The notes below the pieces were generated by a model. The model did no database searches, was not told the origin of the DNA, and saw nothing but the letters and a program-made list of their open reading frames with translations. Of a DNA stretch of 64,000 nt, positions 18,340 through 28,117 are shown one piece after another. The position numbers were made by a program, and so were the translations under genes. The first letter of the stretch is position 1; each line of letters begins with the position of its first letter. This DNA comes from Candidatus Thalassospirochaeta sargassi (GTDB lineage Bacteria; Spirochaetota; Spirochaetia; UBA9216): NCBI GenBank assembly GCA_028532855.1, contig JAQQAL010000006.1, positions 72,757 through 136,756 of the forward strand, in the 5' to 3' direction.

Positions 18340-20244
18340 TTGACTGATAACAGTGCCGGCATCAAAAAACTAAAATTTAAAATATCAGCAGCTGCTGTCA
18401 CGATTCCCTTCCTGCTCTTCACACTAAACCAGTTAATGCTGCAGATTTTCAATCTTGAATATCCTGATCTTGTTGTCAGACTCAGGTTTGCCGTTCAGCC
18501 TACAATTTATCTGCTTTACGGATCCGCAGCCGCAGTAATTATTATTGTAATAGACCGTCAGCTTAACAGTCTGTACCGGTTTTTAAACAACAAGCAAAAA
18601 AATGATAAAGCCAGAAAATCGTCATTGAAAATACCCTGGATCCTGATCATGGTAAATACCGGACTCTGGCTGTTTGCAATCACCCTATTCTACTTTCTTC
18701 AGGGTTTCAACACAAAAGGCGGCGTTCCATATTTCTGGAGTCTGGCCACAAACAGCATATCAGGCTGTATAAGCGCAACGCTTTCAGCCCTGGTAATAAA
18801 CCGGATATTAATCCCCGCAAAGATCAGCCTGAACATGACTGAGATCAAAAAGGGAGAACGGGATTTATTCGTCAGAATCAAGATACCGCTGATATTTATT
18901 ACCGGATTTATCTATGCAGGCCTGGTACTTGTCTATGCCGCAAGATTCTACACATTTACTGCTGCAGAAAACCTCCCTCAACTACCGATCAGTTTTACCG
19001 CGGCAATGCTGGTTACGGCAATAATAGGTCTTGTGCCGGCAATGCTGAATATGATATTTGCACTGTCTGAAGACAGAATTCAGCGCCGCTTTCTTCTGAA
19101 AAAGATGAACTTACTTACGAACGGCAGCGGAGGACTTGGTGCGAAGGTAACCCTCATCAACTTTGATGAGACCGGAGCTCTGGCTGCTGTGATAAACAGC
19201 TTTATTGACAAAATCCGCACCCTGATAATCAAAGCCGACGGCGCGGGGAATCAGATAGTTGATACCTCGAAGGATATCGAGAGCCTTCTGGAGGTTCTTT
19301 CTGATTCTACCGGTACAATGCTTGAAGCAATTAACTCTGTGGATAATGAGATGGGTGAACAGGAGGGTGAAATAAGCAGGGCAACCAGCGAGCTGCAGAA
19401 CTTCTTCAACATGCTCGATGAGCTTAACGATAATATCAATTCACAATCAAGCTCGGTAGAACAAACCTCTAAATCAGCCGAGTTTATTGCACAGACAATA
19501 AGGGAAAGCTCTTCAATTGTTTCATCGGTAGAAGAAAAGACAAATGCACTTGAAAACGTAACATCTGATGGCAGTGGACATATTGCTGAATTTATTGAAT
19601 CGATAAGGGCTGTAGAACAGTCTTCAACAAAAGTAGAAGAGATCCTCGAGCAAATGAATTTACTCAGCGACCAGATAGACATGCTCGCCATGAATGCAGC
19701 GATTGAAGCTGCACATGCGGGTGAAACAGGCAGGGGGTTTGCTGTTGTTGCGGAGGAAGTGCGTAGACTTTCGGAAAACAACGCAGAACAGTCAGGACAG
19801 ATCTCGGCGCAGATGACCGAGATGAGGTCCTCCATATCCGAAGGTAATAAGAAAACTCAGCTGGCTGATACTGCATTCAGCGAAATAAGCAAGAGCATGG
19901 AAAATGCGGCTGAACAGTTTAAGCTAATTACGAGAAATGCCCGTGAAGAAGAATCTGCGATTGAAGAAATGCTTATGACAGTAAGACAACTCGTGGGAAT
20001 CACCGAAAGCCTGAAGCATATTGCATCTGCACAGCGAAAACAGAACGAAAAAATAAAGACTGCCATTGAAACTGTGTTTAAAAGATTCGGAGGCATCAGG
20101 AATTCCATGAATGCCCACCGTGAAAATAGATACATTGTAAGCAACAGCCTGTTAAAACTGAAGTCAATAACGGATGCAAACCTGAATAAGGCTCAGGGGC
20201 TGAATGAAATTCTTAAACAATTTAAACTGGATGAAAACCGTTGA
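18340..20244 (+). CDS. Methyl-accepting chemotaxis protein
   Basis: A TM-rich N-terminal sensor region precedes the highly conserved MCP signalling domain (LAMNAAIEAAHAGETGRGFAVVAEEVRRLSE). The annotated start is TTG, and the true start is uncertain. Confidence 0.85.
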   Translation: MTDNSAGIKKLKFKISAAAVTIPFLLFTLNQLMLQIFNLEYPDLVVRLRFAVQPTIYLLYGSAAAVIIIVIDRQLNSLYRFLNNKQKNDKARKSSLKIPWILIMVNTGLWLFAITLFYFLQGFNTKGGVPYFWSLATNSISGCISATLSALVINRILIPAKISLNMTEIKKGERDLFVRIKIPLIFITGFIYAGLVLVYAARFYTFTAAENLPQLPISFTAAMLVTAIIGLVPAMLNMIFALSEDRIQRRFLLKKMNLLTNGSGGLGAKVTLINFDETGALAAVINSFIDKIRTLIIKADGAGNQIVDTSKDIESLLEVLSDSTGTMLEAINSVDNEMGEQEGEISRATSELQNFFNMLDELNDNINSQSSSVEQTSKSAEFIAQTIRESSSIVSSVEEKTNALENVTSDGSGHIAEFIESIRAVEQSSTKVEEILEQMNLLSDQIDMLAMNAAIEAAHAGETGRGFAVVAEEVRRLSENNAEQSGQISAQMTEMRSSISEGNKKTQLADTAFSEISKSMENAAEQFKLITRNAREEESAIEEMLMTVRQLVGITESLKHIASAQRKQNEKIKTAIETVFKRFGGIRNSMNAHRENRYIVSNSLLKLKSITDANLNKAQGLNEILKQFKLDENR

Positions 20245-20849
20245 ACGATGAAGAAATGAAATCGCTTTTTCACAATCTTAAAAATGATCTGGCGTCAATG
20301 ACCTCACTGCTTAATCTGCATAAATTATACAAAGACAGTATAGAACCGGAAGAACTGTTGAATAGGCTGTTTGAACGCCAAATCATCATTGCTACTGCAT
20401 ATGAAAAACTCTACCAGGAAGGCGATTACCCCTGGGTAGGGCTGATTAATTTTATCAATGAGCTGCTTTCCAGGGAAGGCAGGACCCTTACAAGCTACAG
20501 TCATAATGTGAACATCAGAAAAGAGATCCCCGACATCAGACTTCCTGTAAAACGCCTTACTCCGCTGGCGCAGATTCTTGTTGAACTGCTTTCTAATTCA
20601 TACCGGCATGCGTTTACGGCTGAGCAGGAATCTCCGACAATATTTTTCCGGATAACTGAGGAAGAAGACCGGCTGAAACTTGGATATGAGGATAACGGAA
20701 CAGGGCTGCCCGCCGAATTTAATCATAAAAAATCCAGGACCCTTGGAATGCAGTTTATCAACGCACTATCAAGACAGCTTGGAGGCAAACCTGAGTTCAA
20801 CAGCCCGGAAGGCGGCGGAATGAGTTTTTCACTGGATGTAAAAAAATAA
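20241..20849 (+). CDS. Sensor-less HisKA_2/HWE-type histidine kinase (dimerisation/H-box plus HATPase_c only)
   Basis: The H-box LFHNLKNDL resembles the HisKA_2 HRVKNNL motif. The N box ELLSNSYRHAF, the G1 box DNGTGLP and the G2 box LGMQFINALSRQLGG are present. A 4-nt overlap with the MCP stop suggests translational coupling. Confidence 0.6.
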   Translation: MNDEEMKSLFHNLKNDLASMTSLLNLHKLYKDSIEPEELLNRLFERQIIIATAYEKLYQEGDYPWVGLINFINELLSREGRTLTSYSHNVNIRKEIPDIRLPVKRLTPLAQILVELLSNSYRHAFTAEQESPTIFFRITEEEDRLKLGYEDNGTGLPAEFNHKKSRTLGMQFINALSRQLGGKPEFNSPEGGGMSFSLDVKK

Positions 20850-20854
20850 GGAAC

Positions 20855-20928
20855 TGATCGCGGCGGGATTCGAACCCACGGCCTCTTCCTCCGGAGGGAA
20901 GCGCTCTATCCAGCTGAGCTACGCGACC
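20855..20928 (-). tRNA. tRNA-Arg (anticodon CCG)
   Basis: Reverse-complementing 20855-20928 gives GGTCGCGTAGCTCAGCTGGATAGAGCGCTTCCCTCCGGAGGAAGAGGCCGTGGGTTCGAATCCCGCCGCGATCA. It folds into a cloverleaf with a 7-bp acceptor stem, a D arm, an anticodon stem CTTCC/GGAAG with loop CTCCGGA (anticodon CCG), and a T arm GTGGG-TTCGAAT-CCCGC. No CCA is encoded. Confidence 0.85.
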
Positions 20929-21040
20929 GATTTTAATACTGATAAACCATACCTCCGCGCAACTGAACTGTCAAGCTCCGTTCTGTTAAATTATTGAAGT
21001 CATAATTGGAAATTATCTGCATTCTGCCGATACTGAGAAT

Positions 21041-21601
21041 ATGAAAATTAAATATAATGCACCCTTAACATTAACCTTTGCGATCATAGCATCACTGCTT
21101 GTACTAGTAGACCAGATAAGCGGAACTCATCTTATTCCAACCTATTTCATGGTTCCGGGTAAGGGAATGTTCAACACTGGAAACTGGGTAGACTGGATGA
21201 CGCTTGTGACCCATACCCTGGGACATTCAAGCTGGAATCACCTTCTGAGCAATATGGCGCTGCTTCTTATGCTGGGTCCCATACTCGAAGAAAAATACGG
21301 ATCATTGTCGCTGTTTCTGATGATATTCATTACAGCACTGGCTACAGGCCTGTTGAACGCCTTCCTTTTCCCGACGGCCCTGCTGGGAGCTAGCGGGATA
21401 GTATTCATGATGATCCTGCTTACCTCCTTCACTAACAACCGTAACGGGGAAATACCACTCAGCTTTATCCTGATTTTGATACTTTATCTCGCTGCTGAAA
21501 TTATTAATGCATTCAGTTACGATGATATTTCTCAATTCGCTCATATAATGGGAGGAGTCTGCGGCAGCCTCTTCGGTTTCCTGAGGCCCCGAAAGCGCTG
21601 A
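21041..21601 (+). CDS. Rhomboid family intramembrane serine protease
   Basis: The GASG catalytic serine motif (GASGIVFMMILL), the HxxxN motif (HLLSNMALL) and a TM6 His are present. The protein has six TM segments in 186 aa. Confidence 0.7.
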   Translation: MKIKYNAPLTLTFAIIASLLVLVDQISGTHLIPTYFMVPGKGMFNTGNWVDWMTLVTHTLGHSSWNHLLSNMALLLMLGPILEEKYGSLSLFLMIFITALATGLLNAFLFPTALLGASGIVFMMILLTSFTNNRNGEIPLSFILILILYLAAEIINAFSYDDISQFAHIMGGVCGSLFGFLRPRKR

Positions 21602-21633
21602 ACATTGATTTCCTTCCGTTTTTCTGATAATCT

Positions 21634-22707
21634 GTGCCCATGATAGAGAAACTCGACGAAATTGAAGAACGATATAAAGAACTTGAAACTCAGATTTCTG
21701 ATCCCGACATTATGAAGGATATAAAAAAATATAAGGAAATTGCCCAGGAACATGCGCACCTGTCTGAAACCGTAGAGGAAATCAGACAGTACAAACGTAT
21801 TTTTTCTGAAATTGAGGACGCAAGGTCGATGCTCGACAGTGAAACTGATGCCGAAATGAAAGAAATGGCACAGGAAGAGCTGAAAGGTCTCGAGAGCAGC
21901 CTTGAAAACAGTGAAGCTAACCTTAAGACTCTTCTTATTCCGAAAGATCCGCTCGACAGCAAGAATATCATCATGGAGATCAGAGCAGGAACAGGCGGTG
22001 ATGAAGCCGCCCTATTTGCAGCCGATTTGTTCCGCATGTATTCGAGACTCGCCGAGCACCGGAAATGGAAGGTTGAGATTATGTCGAGCAACGAGATAAA
22101 TCTTGGTGGATTCAAGGAGATTGCATTCTCTGTCAGCGGTAAAAGCGTTTACGGCGATTTAAAATATGAAAGCGGTGTTCATCGCGTTCAGCGTGTGCCC
22201 TCCACAGAATCGGGCGGCCGTGTACACACCTCAGCTGTTACCGTAGCGGTCCTGCCGGAAGCCGAAGATACAGATATTGAAATAAAGCAGGAAGATCTGA
22301 AGGTTGATGTTTACCGATCATCCGGTCCCGGCGGACAGAGTGTTAATACAACAGACTCAGCCGTGCGTATTACACATTTACCTACCGGAGTCGTTGTTAC
22401 CTGTCAGGACGAAAAATCCCAAATCAAGAACAAGGCAAAGGCTATGAGAGTTCTTAAGGCTAGATTATTTGAGGCTGAAGAAGCACGCAAAGCAAAAGAG
22501 CGCTCGGATGCAAGAAAGAGCCAGGTCGGTTCAGGCGACCGCTCCGAACGAATCAGAACATATAATTTCCCTCAGAACAGGCTGACTGATCACAGAATCA
22601 ACCTCACCCTCTATAAACTCGACGGAATAATCGAGGGTGCCATGGATGAGGTAATCGAATCGCTTAAACTCAGCGACAGGGAAGAAGCGCTTAAAGCTAA
22701 CGCTTAA
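21634..22707 (+). CDS. prfA: Peptide chain release factor 1
   Basis: The GGQ motif ([22 protein letters not shown]) and an RF1-type PxT motif (PST) are present. Synteny with prmC supports the call. Confidence 0.9.
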   Translation: MPMIEKLDEIEERYKELETQISDPDIMKDIKKYKEIAQEHAHLSETVEEIRQYKRIFSEIEDARSMLDSETDAEMKEMAQEELKGLESSLENSEANLKTLLIPKDPLDSKNIIMEIRAGTGGDEAALFAADLFRMYSRLAEHRKWKVEIMSSNEINLGGFKEIAFSVSGKSVYGDLKYESGVHRVQRVPSTESGGRVHTSAVTVAVLPEAEDTDIEIKQEDLKVDVYRSSGPGGQSVNTTDSAVRITHLPTGVVVTCQDEKSQIKNKAKAMRVLKARLFEAEEARKAKERSDARKSQVGSGDRSERIRTYNFPQNRLTDHRINLTLYKLDGIIEGAMDEVIESLKLSDREEALKANA

Positions 22708-22712
22708 AAGAA

Positions 22713-23594
22713 ATGACCTACAGAGAGGCACTGAGTGCCGCCGCAGATAAACTCAAAAACTCCGACGTAATGTTCTGCGACACGCCGATGCTCGACGCAC
22801 AGGTTCTTCTGTCCCATGCATCAGGAATGAGCCGGGAAAAGTTGTTTGCATCCTATCCTGACAAACTTGAAGAGGCTGTGTACAGAGATTTCAGCAGAAT
22901 GATCGATAAACGCATGTCTGGATTTCCTGTCTCATACATTAGAAATATAAAAGAATTCTATGGTCGGGATTTTTATGTTGATGAAAGTGTTCTGGTTCCA
23001 CGCCCTGATACCGAGCTGATAATCGACAAGGCTGTGGAACTACTTGACAGTGAGGCTTCAGCATCGGCTAACAGGGATAAACCCTGCAGGGTTTTAGACC
23101 TATGTACAGGCAGCGGATGTATTGCTGTAACAATGAAGCTTGAGCGGCCTGAACTCGATGTCCGGGCATCGGACATATCTACTGAAGCACTGAATACAGC
23201 AAGAAAAAACGCAAAGGCACTTACAGCAGATGTAAACTTCATTGAAAGCAATCTCTTTGACAATATCGAAGATAGTTTTGATATTATTGTTACAAACCCG
23301 CCTTACCTAACAGGGGAAGAATCGGAAAAAATGATTAAAGCAGGCTGGCCGGAACCCATGCTGGCCCTCTACGGTGGCGATGATGGGCTTGATCTTATTC
23401 GTATAATAATCAAATCCTCACTGGATTATCTTGATAATAATAGTTATCTTTTAATTGAAGCCGGACCACATCAGGCCGAACCTATTACAGTTATGCTGGA
23501 GCAAGCGGGGTTTGTCGATATCGGAATAACCGTTGATATGGCCGGCAGAAACAGAGTAACAAGCGGCAGGAAAAGTGGATCACACAATAAATAA
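22713..23594 (+). CDS. prmC: Release-factor glutamine N5-methyltransferase PrmC/HemK
   Basis: The NPPY motif (IIVTNPPY) and a SAM-binding fold (VLDLCTGSGCIA) are present. It lies directly downstream of prfA. Confidence 0.85.
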   Translation: MTYREALSAAADKLKNSDVMFCDTPMLDAQVLLSHASGMSREKLFASYPDKLEEAVYRDFSRMIDKRMSGFPVSYIRNIKEFYGRDFYVDESVLVPRPDTELIIDKAVELLDSEASASANRDKPCRVLDLCTGSGCIAVTMKLERPELDVRASDISTEALNTARKNAKALTADVNFIESNLFDNIEDSFDIIVTNPPYLTGEESEKMIKAGWPEPMLALYGGDDGLDLIRIIIKSSLDYLDNNSYLLIEAGPHQAEPITVMLEQAGFVDIGITVDMAGRNRVTSGRKSGSHNK

Positions 23595-25593
23595 ATTCGA
23601 AAATAAACTAAGCAAATTCAGACCGACTGAGAAGGCCAAGATCCTCAAGGCGGTTGAGTGGGCTCAACTCAAACACGGGGATCAAAAACGTGCAAGTGGT
23701 GAACCCTTTTTCATCCACCCCTTGAAGGTTGCTGAGTTCCTGGTAGATCTTGGAATGGATCATGAAACTGTAATTGCCGCCCTTCTGCATGATGTTCTTG
23801 AAGATACAGGAACCTCCGAAAGTGAGATGAAGAAGGAATTCGGTCGTAATGTAGTAGGTCTGGTTGACGGCGTTACAAAAATATCAATCGTTAAGGCAAA
23901 AAGCAAAAGCATTCAGGAAACAGAAACAATGAGAAAGATGCTGATTGCAATGACAAAAGACATCAGGGTAATCATCATCAAACTTGCCGACAAACTTCAT
24001 AACATGCAGACTCTCCAGTATCTTCCGGCTGAAAAAAGAAAGAGAATAGCCAACGAATGTCTTGAAATATACGCACCCCTTGCCGGGAGGCTCGGTATAT
24101 CAGGGCTGAAAACTGATCTCGAAGATCTTGCGATAAAACATCTTAAACCGGAAGTATACAAGCAGCTTAGCAGTACGATCCACCTTGTTCAGCATGAAAA
24201 CCTCAACTATCTGAAAAAGGTTGAACGAACAATACTGAGGGCTTCCATGGAACAGGATGTCCAGATTGAGGTAAGCACCAGAGCTAAACACATCTACTCG
24301 GTATACCGAAAGATGAAAAAGCGCAAAAAATCCGTTGAAGAGATTAATGACCTGTTGGGAATACGTATTCTATGCAATACCCCGAACGAATGCTACACAA
24401 TTCTGGGGATAGTACACCGCCTCTGGCCACCGATTGAAAACCGCTTCAAAGACTACATAGCAATGCCGAAGGCCAACCAGTATCAGAGCCTGCATACAAC
24501 TGTCATGTGTTTTGACGGCAGACGGCTCGAGGTTCAGATTCGTACCTACGCAATGCATTATACAGCTGAATACGGTGTTGCCGCTCACTGGATATACAAA
24601 GACAACAAAAACAATGATAAAATGAAGCAGGAAGATCTGGCGATAATTAACAAGCTTAAACGCTGGAATGAACAGCATGTACCACAGGTTGAGTTCTGGG
24701 AAGATATCAAAAGCGAGCTTTTAAGAGATTCCATCTATGTATTCACACCGAAGGGGCATATTGTAGAACTTGCAAAGGATGCTACACCGATTGACTTTGC
24801 CTACCATATTCATACCGAGGTAGGCAACAGATGCATAGGCGCAAAGGCGGACGGATCAATTATTACGCTCAGCACCCCCCTGCGCAACACCCAGGTTGTT
24901 GAGGTAATGACGTCTAACCGGGGAAAACCAAACGTAAATTGGCTTCGTTTTGCTAAAACCTCAAAAGCAAAGAATAAGATCAGACAGTGGCTGAACAAGC
25001 ATAACGAAGATCTGATAATTGAGAAAAATATCATTGCCAAAAGTAAACCGGCAGCACCAGAACCTGTGGTATCATCAAAAGAGATTGCAAAGACGGAAAC
25101 TTCAGACGGCAGTGACGCTGGGGAGATCATAAAGAGAGTCATAGACTCGGCAAAGGTGCGTTTTAAAATTGGCGACGAAAACAATATGATGATAAGCATC
25201 GCCAACTGCTGCCATCCACAGACCGGTGACGACATAATAGGTTATGTTTCACGCGGACGTGGTATTATTGTACACAAACGAAATTGTCCAAACCTTAGGA
25301 ATATCAAGGAGTTCGAAGAGCGCAGCGTCGAAGTCGAGTGGGAAGCCGTATCTCCGACAGCTACGAGACGGTTCGAAGTTACATCGAAGCTGACTAATGA
25401 TCTCTTTTCAGAAATTGAAGGGTCTATCCGGAAATACGGGGGACACCTGATAGAAGGCAAGCTTGAAGAAAACGACAAGGGAAATCTGAAGGGAGCTTTT
25501 ACCATGGAGATGAACCGAAACGGAGACTATAGGCAGATTCTCAAAAGCATCAGAACAATACCCTCCGTACTGAATATAAGACCCCTTTCATAA
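23575..25593 (+). CDS. rel: Bifunctional (p)ppGpp synthetase/hydrolase (RelA/SpoT family)
   Basis: It contains an HD hydrolase motif (HPLKVAEFLVDLGMDHETVIAALLHDVLEDT), a RelA/SpoT synthetase domain (LLGIRILC...YQSLHTTV) and TGS and ACT regions. The start codon is GTG. Confidence 0.85.
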   Translation: MDHTINKFENKLSKFRPTEKAKILKAVEWAQLKHGDQKRASGEPFFIHPLKVAEFLVDLGMDHETVIAALLHDVLEDTGTSESEMKKEFGRNVVGLVDGVTKISIVKAKSKSIQETETMRKMLIAMTKDIRVIIIKLADKLHNMQTLQYLPAEKRKRIANECLEIYAPLAGRLGISGLKTDLEDLAIKHLKPEVYKQLSSTIHLVQHENLNYLKKVERTILRASMEQDVQIEVSTRAKHIYSVYRKMKKRKKSVEEINDLLGIRILCNTPNECYTILGIVHRLWPPIENRFKDYIAMPKANQYQSLHTTVMCFDGRRLEVQIRTYAMHYTAEYGVAAHWIYKDNKNNDKMKQEDLAIINKLKRWNEQHVPQVEFWEDIKSELLRDSIYVFTPKGHIVELAKDATPIDFAYHIHTEVGNRCIGAKADGSIITLSTPLRNTQVVEVMTSNRGKPNVNWLRFAKTSKAKNKIRQWLNKHNEDLIIEKNIIAKSKPAAPEPVVSSKEIAKTETSDGSDAGEIIKRVIDSAKVRFKIGDENNMMISIANCCHPQTGDDIIGYVSRGRGIIVHKRNCPNLRNIKEFEERSVEVEWEAVSPTATRRFEVTSKLTNDLFSEIEGSIRKYGGHLIEGKLEENDKGNLKGAFTMEMNRNGDYRQILKSIRTIPSVLNIRPLS

Positions 25594-25602
25594 GGAAAAA
25601 TA

Positions 25603-26349
25603 ATGAAAGACCTTTCAAACATCCGAATAGTTCTAGAGAATCCGCAGTCAGGCAAGAATGTAGGCTCAGTCTGCCGGGCCATGAAAAACATGGGTCTCAG
25701 CCGCCTCTATATCGCAGGAACCACAGAGGTTGATATGAAAAAAGCCTCTGTTACGGCAATCCACGCATCGGATCTTCTGGAAAACGCGGTTATCTGCGGT
25801 TCTGTTGAAGAAGCCCTTGAGGGAACGGTTATTTCTGCCGCCACTTCAAGACGCCGGGGCAAAAAACGCAAATATTTCAGTCTGCTGCCTGAAAATTTCG
25901 CCAAAACTGTACTGGAACAATGTGTTGACGACAATTCCGATAACAGCGCCGGCGAGATTGCAATTGTTTTCGGCAATGAGGTTTCAGGTTTGAATGATCA
26001 CGACATGAGCCTCTGCAATACGGCAGTACGTATACCGACCTCGGATAAATTCCCCTCACTGAATCTATCCCATGCTGTACAAATAATCACCTATGAGATT
26101 TACCGTGAGGCACAGCGGGCTGACAAACACCACGGCTACCGCCCTATCAACCGCGAAGAGATAGACAGTCTGACCGAAGGTATTGCAGAAAACCTGAGAG
26201 ACATCGGCTTCTTCAAGCAGGTTGACGACAGCGATATGAGAACCTTTTTCCGCGATATCATTGCACGCGCAGGATTGTCGGCCGGAGAAGCAAACCGCCT
26301 CGGCAGTATTTTTACAAAGATCAGAGGGCTTGCGTCCCGACGGAACTAA
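25603..26349 (+). CDS. SpoU/TrmH-family RNA 2'-O-methyltransferase, TrmJ-like
   Basis: The N-terminal IRIVLENPQSGKNVGSVCRAMKNMGL and the IVFGNEVSGL motif resemble TrmJ. The length is 248 aa. Confidence 0.6.
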   Translation: MKDLSNIRIVLENPQSGKNVGSVCRAMKNMGLSRLYIAGTTEVDMKKASVTAIHASDLLENAVICGSVEEALEGTVISAATSRRRGKKRKYFSLLPENFAKTVLEQCVDDNSDNSAGEIAIVFGNEVSGLNDHDMSLCNTAVRIPTSDKFPSLNLSHAVQIITYEIYREAQRADKHHGYRPINREEIDSLTEGIAENLRDIGFFKQVDDSDMRTFFRDIIARAGLSAGEANRLGSIFTKIRGLASRRN

Positions 26350-26405
26350 GAAAACCAGCAGGAATAAAGACAACATCACCTAAATAATCTGCTATAATTC
26401 AGCAC

Positions 26406-27530
26406 ATGAATATAATTTCCTACAGTGCCGCCATGCTGTTTTTCCTTATCATGGAAACGGCTCGGGCGATCCGCATAAAGAAACCAAGCATCACACTGAT
26501 TCTTTTCCCGGCTTTCTTTGTTCTATCCCTCTTATGGAAATCCACAGGTTTTCTGACCGGAGGTATTTTAATACTCATCATGGCCTCCGATCGTCTGGTG
26601 AAGGGGGGCATAGCGCTCGCGGGAAAATTCGGAGTTTCGCCTTTTTTTATCGGAATCTTCATTATCGGCCTTGGAACCAGTTCGCCGGAACTTTTTGTAA
26701 ACCTGCTCTCAGCCCTACGGGGCGACACAGCCCTTGCTATGGGAAACATTCTGGGCTCAAACATCTCTAACATGGGAATTGTAATAGGCGCTGCGGGGCT
26801 TATTGCAGGAACAATGAAGCTTGAGGCTTCTTTAATAAAAAAAGAAATACCCATCATGCTTGCAGCCTCCATTCTGCTTTTACTTCTGGTGCTGGATTTC
26901 CCGCCCTTCTCTAATGAAGCGGACAGCAGCAACATGGTGCTCACTCTGCAGGACGGCCTGCTTCTCTTCCTATGCCTGATAATGTACCTGCTTTACACCA
27001 TCAACAGCATGAACAAGCCGGACTCAAAGCCTGAACTGCGAGCCTCCGCCATACCTGACGCACCTACACTGCCGATTGAACCCCACTCTGCTGTTGATTC
27101 AACATTCAACATCCTGACGGGGATTGCGGGTCTTTACTTCGGGGGCGAGTTTATTATTTCATCATCAGTGAGTATTGCCGAAGCCCTGGGGGCAGGTACA
27201 ATGACCCTGGGAATTATAGTCGGCCTGGGCACCTCACTGCCTGAGCTGGCGACTGGTATAAACTGTGCGCTTAAAAATGAAACCGACCTCGTGGTGGGGA
27301 ATGTCCTAGGCTCAAATATCTTCAATATTCTTTTGATCCTCGGCCTTACATCAATTATCAGACCTGTCTTTCTGACTCCTGATGTTCTGGTTCATTTCGG
27401 TTTTCTGATAGGCATCAGCATAATATTCTTTATCAGTCTGGGTTCCGAGCGCAAACTTAACCGCATTGAAGCGGCATTACTACTGGCTGCGGGGTTAGGC
27501 TACCTGGGGTTTTCGATTGTAACGGGGTAA
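26406..27530 (+). CDS. Sodium/calcium exchanger family (CaCA, YrbG-like) membrane protein
   Basis: Two alpha-repeat motifs (GTSSPELFV and GTSLPELAT) and about 10 TM segments are present. Confidence 0.75.
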   Translation: MNIISYSAAMLFFLIMETARAIRIKKPSITLILFPAFFVLSLLWKSTGFLTGGILILIMASDRLVKGGIALAGKFGVSPFFIGIFIIGLGTSSPELFVNLLSALRGDTALAMGNILGSNISNMGIVIGAAGLIAGTMKLEASLIKKEIPIMLAASILLLLLVLDFPPFSNEADSSNMVLTLQDGLLLFLCLIMYLLYTINSMNKPDSKPELRASAIPDAPTLPIEPHSAVDSTFNILTGIAGLYFGGEFIISSSVSIAEALGAGTMTLGIIVGLGTSLPELATGINCALKNETDLVVGNVLGSNIFNILLILGLTSIIRPVFLTPDVLVHFGFLIGISIIFFISLGSERKLNRIEAALLLAAGLGYLGFSIVTG

Positions 27531-27532
27531 TT

Positions 27533-28117
27533 TTAAAGCCCTAAAACCTCATAAACATGGGCGTCGAAACGGCTGCGGTCTATATCGCCGTTGAGATAAA
27601 GTGATATAAGTTTCTGAATCTGCCCCGGGAATGAGCGCCAGTACCGGTCTTTCCATCCGGGAACCTCGGTTTCCATTTGAATCTGCTCAGCTGGACTCAT
27701 AGCGCCTTCACTGTATTCTACAAACTGCTGCACCATCTGGATTATCATACCGGCAGGCAGACTGTCCCCGCTTCGTTCATGCTTCTCAGCCTGCCTACCC
27801 CTCCCGCCGGCTGATTCAGGCATAAAATCGGCGAGCAGTTCCTGCACCTGTGCCTCACTCAGTTCCGGGGCATTTTCGCGAATGATGTTCGCGGCGAAAT
27901 CGGCCGCCATCCTGCTGACCATCTGTTTTGAGCCCTCAAGCTGTTCGTTGATGCTGTCGGTTGACTGCGCGGCAAGTTTAGCAGGATTAAGACCAAGCAC
28001 AGGGGCGCTTCGGTGATCATTTATACGCTTTTCCAATGCCTGACTGATAACCTCAAGGTCGTCAGGGTCAGCAATATTGAGAATATACTCAACTATTCCG
28101 TAAAGTCTCTTATCCAT
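27533..28117 (-). CDS. Acidic hypothetical cytoplasmic protein (~194 aa)
   Basis: This is an ORF co-oriented with the MFS gene and directly downstream of it. The start was moved to the ATG at 28117 to avoid an 88-nt overlap. No motif was recognised. Confidence 0.4.
   Translation of the reverse strand: MDKRLYGIVEYILNIADPDDLEVISQALEKRINDHRSAPVLGLNPAKLAAQSTDSINEQLEGSKQMVSRMAADFAANIIRENAPELSEAQVQELLADFMPESAGGRGRQAEKHERSGDSLPAGMIIQMVQQFVEYSEGAMSPAEQIQMETEVPGWKDRYWRSFPGQIQKLISLYLNGDIDRSRFDAHVYEVLGL

Noticed and set aside
19251-19835. 194-aa minus-strand ORF
   Set aside because: It is antisense inside the MCP signalling domain, which is unmistakable. This is a shadow ORF.
20855-21040. Integrative element at the tRNA-Arg gene
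   Set aside because: No integrase, recombinase, or direct repeat of the tRNA 3' end is visible downstream. The flanking genes (rhomboid, prfA) are housekeeping.
21634-22707. Programmed +1 frameshift as in prfB
   Set aside because: The PST tripeptide motif identifies this as RF1 (prfA), which is not frameshift-regulated, and the ORF is continuous.
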